Assembly: GCA_051294375.1 (NCBI GenBank)
Contig: CM119268.1
Span: 10,512,613-10,576,612, forward strand
DNA length: 64,000 bases
Direction of reading: 5' to 3'
From: Paraspadella gotoi
Taxonomy: Eukaryota; Animalia; Chaetognatha
In this document: one piece after another, positions 25,360-39,634 of the stretch
How the letters are laid out: every line of letters starts with the position of its first letter
Position numbering within the stretch: position 1 is the stretch's first letter
Position numbers and translations under genes: made by a program
The notes under the pieces: generated by a model
Databases searched by the model: none
The model's input: the letters and a program-made list of their open reading frames with translations, nothing else
Told to the model about the DNA's origin: nothing

Positions 25360-25712
25360 TCAAAATGACAAATTAAAAATTATAGTTAAACTGAAATTAG
25401 AATAAACCGAAAGTAAATATTATACATAATTACATATACAACAATATACTATCCAAGACAAATGATAATGTAATTTGACTAAATATCGTCACTATTTTTT
25501 GAAGCGCCATACCTATTATAGCTACCCTTAATTTTAACCATAATTTCGAAAAATAATTCCTAACTTCACCCGTAACTTCAAACCTCATCCAAAACCCTAA
25601 AACTAATTCTAAATAGAAGCGGGGCACAAATATGAAATATACAAATAATAAAGAAAGCTTTCAATAAGCTACTATGGAACAAAATCTACATCCGATTGAT
25701 AAACTGTCTTTT

Positions 25713-27726
25713 TTAGTCCTCAAGCAACTGTTTCATCATCATAAGAAACGCCAAATTTTCGGCGGACACCATGGGCCGCCTTATGGCCACCATGTTGTGG
25801 TGGCTGTGAACGTTCCGATCGAAGCAGTCGGAGCAGAGATCGTAGTCGGAACACACCTTGCACTTGAAGCGGTTTCCGCGGACGTCGCCGTGGCAGAAGT
25901 CACACTCGATGCCCGGATGCAGGTCGGTGGTGGAGGAGGAGGAGGACGAGGAGGAGGAAGAGGAGGACGAGGACTCGGGCTGCCGTTGTCGACCATCGTT
26001 GGAGCATTCCTCGACGATAACCTTCGCCTGATGTTGGAAAGTGAATGATTCATGAATTTTTTTTCTAATCAATCATTATCATCAATTGCTACAGTAATGA
26101 CAAAAGTGAATTCGCGAAATGAGAACATTAAATGACACAGGAACAAAATTTATGAAAAGTCAATGTCAATACGACAATATGCAAATGAGATTGATGAACT
26201 CAATCTCATTCTTGGTTGCATCAAAAGTTCCAAAATCCAATTCGCTATACGTAACTTTTAATAAATTCTAAAGCATTGAATTGTCCCACTCAGTCTCAGG
26301 CAGTCACGTTTTATGTACTATGTCTCCCACGCTTACCTCCAATCTCTCATCGGGATCGCCTTCCATCATTTTACTCAAGATGCGCTTGAAATCCGCCGAG
26401 AATCTCTCCGGTACCAGAGTCTTGCTTCCGGCTCCATTCCACCGAAACGCCGGGAGGTACTTGAGATGCTTTCCTCCCGCGGCGTAGAAACAGAGTACGG
26501 CGCCCAAAGACCAGACGTCGGCGGCGGCGCTGTACTGGGTCGGTTGGGATTAACTTAAATTTAAAAATAAAAATAACAGATTATATACGCCGTAGAATAA
26601 ATCGTTGTAAAAAATCTTAAAAGCATAAGGATCGTCGCAATCGCATAAGAGAAATCTGGATTGACGAGAAATTTTGATACTAAAAAAATCAAATTTGAGA
26701 AAAGAAAATTAATTTATAAACAGAAAGAAAAAGAAGAAAATAATAAATATAAAGAAAGAATAGAAAAGAAAGAAAGAATAGAAAGGAAAGAAAGAATAGA
26801 AAGAATAGAAAGAAAAGAAAGAATAAAAAGGAAAGAAAAAATAAAAAGGGGAAAAAAAATTTATAAACAGAAAGAAATATTCTATTTTGCAATTGTCAAT
26901 TAAAAAAAATAATAAAGTACCAAGGAAAATTAAAGTTACAGTTTCTAAAAAAACAACAAAAAAAACAAACTTTTTCATTGTCAAATAAACTGATCAGCAG
27001 ACGCAGCCCCTGAGAAAAAAAAAAGAATAAATATAAAACAGAAAAATAACTTATTTTCGAGTTTAATTTTTAGCAAGTGCTAAGTCTGGACAGACATTAT
27101 TGAAGGTACTTTTGTTTTACTTTTAGCCCTCATAAGCGAGCAGTTTGCTCGAATGCGACCTCTCTAAATTTGGGAATAAATGGCAATAATAATAAAAAAA
27201 AAAATAATCAGAAAGAGAGAGAGAGAGAGAGAAAGAAGCCAAATCGTTTTCAGACGAATCAGCAGCGGCAGCAGCAGAGGCACCCAGAAAAAAAAAGAAA
27301 TCAAAAGGCAGCAGCAGAAGCAGCAGGAGAAAAGAGAGAAAAAGAAAGAGCCCCTGCAGAGCCAGCTGCAGAGAAAGAAATCAAAAGGCAGAAACAGCAG
27401 GAGAAAAGAGAGAAAAAGAATAAGCCCCTGCAGAGCCAGCTGCAGACTCGTTTTTTTCCCCTTTCTCTATGAATCAGTGACTAGGGAAAAAAGAGAGGGA
27501 GAGAGACATGTAATTAAAAGAGAAAAGAGAGAGAGAAAGAAATAGAAAAATAAAAGAGAGAAAATTTGTTTGTTTTGATAAAACGTAAACAAAACATATT
27601 TAATAACTTAATTTAATAATTTTAAGCACATCGATGATGAGAAGCTGTATATAAATTTTCAGCTTCATACACCCAAATTTAATCATAAAAAAGGCGATCT
27701 ATAATTTGGAACGCCGACGACAACAA

Positions 27727-27757
<31 letters not shown>

Positions 27758-29775
27758 AACGCCACTTATGCGCAAAAGCGTTACAATATCGTCGCAAACG
27801 CTAAGCGCTAAGCTAAAAGTATATATATATTTTTTTTCACAACAAAGAAGAAATTAACAAAGGTGGGAAAGGTTTCTGAAGGTACCATAAATATTATATC
27901 AATATCATAGTTAACACCGTCGCAGCAATCTTGCTCCAATCACCTGATCTCCGTTAAGGACTTCCGGCGCTGCGTATGTCACGGTTCCGGCGCCGATATT
28001 CTCTTGAAACTTCTGCAAGGCGGCGCCGTCGACGAGTTTGATGAAACCGAAGTCGGACAACTTCCACTGGAGGCCGCCGCTGGACCTGTGGGGTAAATCT
28101 TCTCAATTTTCGCCTCTCTTTACGTGACTCATACTTACCAATCTGCTGTCAATAAGAAGTTATTACGTAATGAACTTAGTCGGACATTGCAACAAGTTCA
28201 CCCCGCTTGTGAGCACGACTCCTTCGGTCGTGACCCGATGGCTCATTGAGTAATAACATCAGCTTTAACGTTCCTATGTTATACACCAGCAATCAAACAC
28301 TTACCGTCCGACTCCCAAGATATTGTCCGGCTTAAGATTCTGATGCAGGATTCTCTTTTGGTGCATGAAAGCGACGCCTCTCGAAATGTGACACAAAAAC
28401 CTCCAAGTGTTAAACTCCGCTCCGAGACGGCGAGTCCATTCCCCCTCGTCGAAACGCTGAGAAATTAGTGTCAAGGAATTTAGTTAAAAGAAAGTCATAC
28501 CTATTACAAAGAAAAAAAAACAAAAAAATACTGCGGGTCACGTTACCGCAGACCTGAATAAAGCTGGTCAGGGTCCCGACGTCAGCGAATTCCATCAAAA
28601 TGAAAAGTTTTCTGTCTTTTCGGTAGCAACTTTTGATTTCGATAACATTGTCGTGTTCTAATTCCTTGAGAATCTCAGCCTGAATGAAATTTAAGAAATT
28701 TGAAAACCCACTCACATTAAAAAACAAAAAACAAAAAAAAAAAAAAAACTAAAACCAAATCAATCAATTAGTAAATCAATCAATCAATCAATTATTGTAC
28801 AAATGAATAAAATAAAAAGATAAATCGAATAACCAATTAATTAATTATTTTTGAACGACGACGACATTAGACAAATAAGTTTTATACTGAAGAGACAGTA
28901 ATTATTGTTATATGTTAATGACAGAACCGCTCAATACAAGCAGTCCCTGAGCTTCGGATCAGGCTGTAACACCATGTTACAGGCGGGTTAAGCGCCCTGT
29001 CCCTCTTAACTGCTAGGCGACCACCGGGCTAGAACCCCAGACATTTGGGTTGGGAGGCGAATGACTTGCCTTCGGCACCAATGGCTGCTGATGAACGGTT
29101 GGTGGATTTTAGTCCACCATACATCCCCCCCTCCCGTAGGGAGAAGTCTGTTGCGTCTCTTCAGTGAATTGTTGTTGTTGGTGGAAAGTTTGTCACCAAG
29201 TTGAGGCATGTCGCCTGATGTGTTGTGGGCGGAAAGTGCATCGCCTGGTTGAGGCATGTCGCCTGAAAGTGTTGTTGTTGCTGTTGTGTTCGGAAGTCGG
29301 GCTCACCAATGAAGATACAGTAATTATTGTTATACGTTAATGACAGAACCGTCAATGTAAGCAGTCCCTGAGCTTCGGATCAGGCTGTAACACCGTGTTA
29401 CAGGCGGGTTAAACGCCCCGTCCCTCTTAACTGCTAGGCGACCACCAGGCTGGAACCCCAGACCTTTGGGTTGGGAGGCGAATGACTTGCCTCCGGCACC
29501 AATAGCCGCTGATGAACGGTTGGTGGATTTTAGTCCACCATAATACCTAAAATAAAATTAATCTCTGAATTATAAAATAACCCAAAACGATGATTCCATG
29601 AATCGGTGTTGAAACTTATAGTTTTGACCTCGTTAGACGCGACGATTCCCGGTTTGGAGATTTCCTTCAACGCCAAAGTCGTCGTTCCCTGCTTGACCTT
29701 GAAGACGGGTCCGAATTGGCCGTGACCCAGGACGAGCGGGTTCCCGTCGGATCCTTTGACGAAATCGACGGACAT
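25713..29775 (-). CDS. NEK-like pseudokinase with C-terminal ZZ zinc finger (kinase 3, 359 aa)
   Basis: Exons 29775-29629, 28679-28554, 28456-28305, 28085-27944, 26534-26337, 26027-25713 (1080 nt, open frame). GHGQFGPV, ALK, DFG and APE are retained, but the catalytic loop reads HQNLKPDN. ZZ finger CDFC..RFKCKVCSDYDLCSDC. Confidence 0.88.
27296..27446 (+). repeat. Two ~75-bp tandem repeats in intron 4 of kinase 3
   Basis: agaaatcaaaaggcag...cagcaggagaaaagagagaaaaagaa..agcccctgcagagccagctgcaga occurs twice. Confidence 0.8.
28888..29542 (-). mobile_element. TRIM (miniature non-autonomous LTR retrotransposon) with tRNA-like LTRs, in intron 1 of kinase 3
   Basis: Direct repeats 28888-29123 (TG...CA) and 29310-29542. 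Minus-strand PBS TGGTGAGCCCGAC (29308-29296) and PPT GGGAGGGGGGGA (29135-29124). 4-bp TSD ATAC at 28884-28887 and 29543-29546. Each LTR has a 72-nt tRNA-like block. Confidence 0.85.
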
Positions 29776-29971
29776 TTTCTCCCCAGGGCGGTCGTCGTTG
29801 TTGTTATTGTTGTTGTTCAGAGTCGGAATCGTGTCGCGACTTTTGGACGAAGAGGTCAGACATTTCGGTTTTGAGGCGTCGCGTCAGTTGAAAATCGTGC
29901 AGTGATGAAAAAAAAGTAATAATTTTGATTTAATTTTTTAAAATTTTTCCTATATTTCCTTTGTATTCGCA

Positions 29972-30030
<59 letters not shown>

Positions 30031-30572
30031 TGAAATATAGTAGTATTGTCGAGAAACTGCGTTCAAATTGTTTGCGCGCTAATTAAGCATTTCAACATTT
30101 CAAGTTTGGCCAATGATAAAAAATAAAAAGAATATTGATAATAAATGTAAAAATGCTAATGATAATTTTAATAACACGTAATGTTTAATGTGATTAGATC
30201 AAATTGATTTTTTTTTTTTTTTTTTGGCGAACCCACAGGCAAAAGGTTGATAAGGTTCGAATAGTCAGAAACCACGAAGATCGAAAATTAAATGACGGAA
30301 CTAATGGCAGAAACAGGAAAACCGGGCAACGAATATAAATTTGTGCGTCTATGAGACAGCAGTTTTGAAAGTATGTTTAACAATTTAAATTATAAGTTGA
30401 TTCCATAAAATAAAAGAGATAAAAATATAAAATTCAACTTTAATTTTATATTTTAGAGTTTAGATTTAGTTTTTTCTTTTCAAGTTTCAGAAAAAACAAG
30501 GGATCCTCTTTTTCAGTTTAACTACCAAACTTTTCTTGTTTTTCTAACTTGACTAACTTGACTAACTTGACT

Positions 30573-30628
<56 letters not shown>

Positions 30629-31425
30629 TTCTTTGCCGACAAGCAAAACACATTTTTATTCACTAAATTTCATATATATATCTATTATCTAGGGTTAAAG
30701 AAAGTTTTTTTTAATGAATGGATTATATTTACATTGATTGTACCAATTTCATAATAAGTTCCATCTCATCTGATTCAAGATGAAGCACGTACATGAACTT
30801 ATATTTAATTTTTTTGAAAAATAATAAAGATTACTTTTTAATTCAAATATGAGACGGTAATGGCAATAAAAACATTAAATACATTCTTCTTATTTCAATA
30901 TTGTACACAGCAGTGCACATATAAAAAACCTTTCGCAAATAATGATTACGAAGCAGATTTGTAATCATTGATCAGTCTCTTTGGACTTTGAACGGATATC
31001 GCTTAAATCAAACGTGTTCATTTGTTTCGACTTCCTATTATTACCGAAGCCGTAAGTGCCGAAACTGTCTGTGGGTGTAACTTTTCACGCTATTTTAAAT
31101 GGCGTTTCGTCAAAACTTTTGAACTTGCAGTTAGTAGAAAGCAATTGATAACAATGGTTAATAAAGTGTTTCACATGTATTATTTTGGATATGGCTAAAG
31201 GCAAAAGAAGTGAAAAATAGGACAACCACTACGCGTCATACCGTAATTTATTTTCAAGAGTTTGTGTTTGTGTTCAATATTCATTTCATTCAATTTCGTT
31301 TTTAGCTTTTCCCTTTTAGCTATTCCCTTGAATCAAAATGATTCATCTATTGACGTAATATAACTGATAACGCTAAGCGTCACGAGAGCTGCCGATTTCA
31401 ATTTTTTTAAATTTTTTTTTTTTTA

Positions 31426-35446
<4,021 letters not shown>

Positions 35447-35663
35447 GAAGACGGAATCGGATCCATGCGCCGCGTAAAAGGAGGGCGAATTATTGAAGGC
35501 GAATTCCCCGTAGAGACGAGGATCGATCTGAGATGCGTCGACAGTGGTGTGTCGGCGCAGAGGAGCGTGAGGGCGCAGAATCGGTGGACCTTGTATTTAA
35601 TTTTAATTTCCCAATAACGAAATAAGTGATTAATATTCGTTAAATTAGTATTGAATAGGAATT

Positions 35664-37230
35664 TCATTGCTGACCAAATGCTTGCCGTCCCGGGGGCGGC
35701 CCTTGTTTTCGACGCGGCCCGACGGGATGAATATCTTTTCCGCGATTGAGAGAGAGGCTTCGGTCTAATGCGGGTGGCATTCGTTCTTGCTGCTTCGGAG
35801 GTTCATAGATGGCGTCTGTTCGAGAAAAATAGAGACAGAGACAATGTATAAGGTATAACAAGACAATTATAAGGTAAGTGAATACTAGAGTTGTAATTTT
35901 ATCGGGAATCTTAGAAGAAAAAAAAAATTAAAGTTTGACAAAAATTGAAACTCCCTTCTCATTTCCCAGAAGAACTTACCTTCCTCACCCTCGCCTCCTC
36001 CTCGCCTCTTTCCTCCTCCCTTCCCTTTCTTCTTTCCCTTTCCTCTTCTCTTCCTCCTCGTCTCCAAAAGTTCGAACTCGTCCTTAGTTTTTTTAGCGAA
36101 GATCTTTTGTTGATTTTTGGCGACGATTTTAAGCCTCTCCGTTTCCTCGCCAGAGGGAAACAGACTAACGAGCAGCGGCGACGTGACGAAAAGACAAAAG
36201 GACAACGCAATCACGAGTACCGGCAATTGGTGAGAGTTTGAAGAGATTACGAGAGGCTTATCGAGAATGAGACCATAGTCTCCGTTGTCGTCGTTGTCTT
36301 TGTTTTGGTGAAAAAACTGAGCGCAGACGTGTTGGAGGTGATAAGGAGAACCTTTTTCCTCGTCTTTTTTGCCGAGTCGGCGATAACAGGCCAACATGGG
36401 CTTCGTTGGTTCGTTGACGGCAGCTTCGAGAGCTCGGGCGATGACGTAGGTCTGCTGCTCGAAAGGAAGCGGATATCCTCCACCGCCGCTGCCGCCGCCC
36501 CTACCCTCACTTTTACTTACGTCGTCGCCTAACAGCAATTGCTGTAGCTCACGCTGACAATGAAGCGGCATTCTTGCAATTTTCTCCTTCTGAGAAACAA
36601 ATAAATTTTAATTAATTATTTTTTTTTTTATTATTTGACTTTTAATTTAAGATAGAACCCCTTCTCCATCCACTTCTCACCATCCTCTTCTTCCTCCCTT
36701 CCTCCATCATCGGTCGACTCGTGTCCAACTCCAGCGCCACCTCTTCCATCTCAGCCCGCGCCGCTAGCGTCGTCAACGAGAGCCACGCCCACCGGAAGTC
36801 GAGGCGGAGGAGGAAAGAGTCGTCGGCGGCGAGGAGAACCCAAGAGTCGAGGGAGAGGGCGAGGAGAGGGGAGGAAGGGCTGGAGGGAGAGGAGGGAGAC
36901 GGTCAGAAATAATAAAAAACTATAACAAATTACAAGAACGATATCTGTGTTATCTTGCTCTTGAAAACAAAATTCTGAAACTTCTGTCAGCATATTTTTT
37001 TATTTTCTCAGTTTTTTTTAGCTTATATTATAACTTGTTAGCTTATATTGTTAGCTTATATTATTAGCTTATATTATAACTTGTTAAATGACTAAATAAC
37101 AATCTGTATGCAAACAAAACAAAAAAACATGTAATAATAAAAACTACTTACCGACGAAAGAACCTCGTTTCGTTGGTGAAGACGACTTTCAATTTGACGA
37201 AATTTTTTCCCTCGAATCTGACGAGACTTT
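35664..37230 (-). CDS. Uncharacterised multi-exon gene (partial model)
   Basis: Exon-like blocks with plausible splice sites at ~37220-37152, ~36880-36680, ~36590-36520, ~36450-35980 and a last exon ~35820-35664 ending in TGA. No recognised domain. Confidence 0.4.
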
Positions 37231-37951
37231 GGATTCGTCGGGTGGACGAGGGGGTGAAGAGGAAAAGAGGGGGTTCCAAGGGGGACGGGGGGCAAGGGCT
37301 ATTCCTGGCAGCAGGGGGGGATGTAATGATGCAATGAATTTCGTCTTAATCGCTCAAAGATTTGACAAGACACGGTAAAATTAACAACAATATCAACCAC
37401 GATGGTTTTGGAAAAATCTTCTCGTATCACCTTGTATTGCGTTACTCTCGAACTGTTGTGAAGAATTCTAGAGCTGACTTTGATCTATGCGGCGGAATGC
37501 TGAGTGAAAGTATTGCGAAACTTATCGTTCCTCGTACTTTGCCATTCCTTTTTCCCCCTAACCTAACAAGCGCGCTTCTCATCAATTCCTGCCGCTTGGA
37601 CTAAGAAGCACAAAATTATCTCTTCTGTACGTTTTACGACATTTCGACTTCTATCTCATCAGCAAAGATGGAATTGGAACCAAAAATAGAATCGGATCCG
37701 CGACTCGGGCAGAATCCGGCAGGAAGCTTCTCATTGGACCAACCACCAAGTGAATGGACTTACTTAAATGTCATAATAGAACGCACGTCACACCACCTCG
37801 TCCCTTGCGATTGGCGAAGCTCTTTCTCCACGCGCCCCCCTCCGACGCTCCCCCTTCCGTCGCCATTTTCTGATTGATGTGTCCATAATGGAACGATGAA
37901 ACGCAATAAACGACGACGCTTCGATTCTTTCATCCCCCCCCGTGCCGCCTC

Positions 37952-38034
37952 TCGATTCCCGGCGTCTTGCGCGCCGCCTTTCGATTCCCGGCGTCTAGCG
38001 CGCCGCCTCTCGATTCCCGGCGTCTCGCGCGCCG
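37952..38034 (+). repeat. 29-bp GC-rich tandem repeat, 3 copies
   Basis: tcgattcccggcgtct(t/a/c)gcgcgccg(cct) units start at 37952, 37981 and 38010. Confidence 0.85.
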
Positions 38035-38079
38035 ATTATTTTTTCCTCCCAAGCGAAAAATTGACGCCGCCAAAGAAGG

Positions 38080-39322
38080 AAACTAATTGGCTTCGGATTC
38101 TCTGCGGAATTTTCGGTTCTCTGGGAAAGATTACGTTTTTGACGGGCGTTTTGTAACGTAGTGTTGCGATTGGATGGGTCATTTCCTGCGGGTAAAAACT
38201 TCCTTACTGGCAGTTATATAATTAAGCTAGATTGTCGTCAAAAGGCATGCGGACAACGCCGTCATCGTCCCCGTGATTTTCTTCATCGTTCTCGTTATCA
38301 TTGTAATTGTTGTCTTATGCCGTCTGTTCCCACACTTTTTTTTTACCAAAAGAAACAATTTTACGCGGGTCATTTTATGCACCTTCGTCGTCTTCGTCGT
38401 CGTTCGTCGTCATCTTCATAGTAGTAGTAGTCCGTTGTGGCTCTTTTACAAGGCACGGTTGCCATGAGTGATATATTGCAGGATGTTTTTGACATAACTC
38501 TTTGTTTTACACGATCGCTTCAGTGCGTTTTTTTTTTTTTTATTTATAGTTTTTTTTTTTAGTCGGCTCGCGCTCTTTACAATTTCCACCGGTGCACAAT
38601 GTACTCGGAATAGCGACCCAGTGAGGAAAGGTTTTTTTTATTGAAAAAAGGTAGATGAGGCAGTTACCAGAAATTTTTTGTTTTAACAGTTAACGCTTAG
38701 CTTAATTATATAACTGCCAGTAAGGAAGTTTTTACCCGCAGGAAATGACCCATCCAATCGCAACACTACGTTACAAAACGCCCGTCAAAACGTAATCTTT
38801 CCCAGAGAACCGGAAAATTCCGCAGAGAATCCGAAGCCAATTAGTTTTGAGCGATACGATAGGTGGTATTCCAATCCCTGCTCGACTGCTTGAGCGTTAA
38901 CTGTTAAAACAAAAATTTTCTGGTAACTGCGCTTCATCTACCTTTATTTTCAATAAAAAAAACTTTTCCTCACTGGGTCACTATTCCAAGTACATTGTGC
39001 ACCGGTGGAAATTGTAAAGAGCGCGCGCCGAACTAAAAAAAAAATAAAAAAAAAAACGCACTGAAGCGATCGTCGTAAAACAAAGAGTTATGTCAAAAAC
39101 ATCTGCAATATATCACTCATGGCAACCGTGCCTTGTAAAAGAGCCACAACGGACTACTACTACTATGAAGATGACGACGACGACGACGAAGACGACGAAG
39201 GTGCATAATGACCCGTAAAAATTGTTTCTTTGGTAAAAAAAAAGTGTGGGAACAGACGGCATAAGACAACAATTACAATGATAACGAGAACGATGAAGAA
39301 AATCACGGGGACGATGACGGCG
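38080..39322. repeat. Interleaved double inverted repeat A-B-A'-B'
   Basis: A (38080-38229) is the reverse complement of 38698-38847; B (38257-38697) is the reverse complement of 38893-39322. Few substitutions or indels between arms. Confidence 0.92.
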
Positions 39323-39634
39323 ACGATGTTAACAACGATGACGGCAAAAAGACCCCGCCCCCCCGCCCGCCCCCCTTCCTCCCTGCCCCGATTATTTCTC
39401 CTTTATTATTCCCGCTTTCTTCTTTTTCTTTCATAAACAATCGAAATGCGTCTTTTTCTTCTTCTCTTCCTTTCTCTTTTCCTTGTTTTCTCCTTCTTAA
39501 TACTTCTTCTTCTCCTTCCCTTCCCCCCGCTTGCCCGTCGCGAGGCGGCAAAAACGCGCGCGCCGACCGTCCACAGTCTCCGCGGGGACGAAAGACGCGT
39601 CCCGTCGCGGAATCCTGACCTTTGCGCGGTCGGA

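Noticed and set aside
29086-29123. CTGATGA followed by a hairpin, resembling a hammerhead ribozyme core (also ~29509)
   Set aside because: No GAAA or stem III in the required position; the hairpin is explained as the LTR terminus.
29017-29509. Two tRNA genes
   Set aside because: D, anticodon and T stems pair poorly and both lie inside LTRs; treated as tRNA-derived cassettes, not functional tRNAs.
37952-38034. CRISPR-like array of short palindromic repeats
   Set aside because: Repeats are directly adjacent with no unique spacers, there are no cas genes, and the context is eukaryotic.
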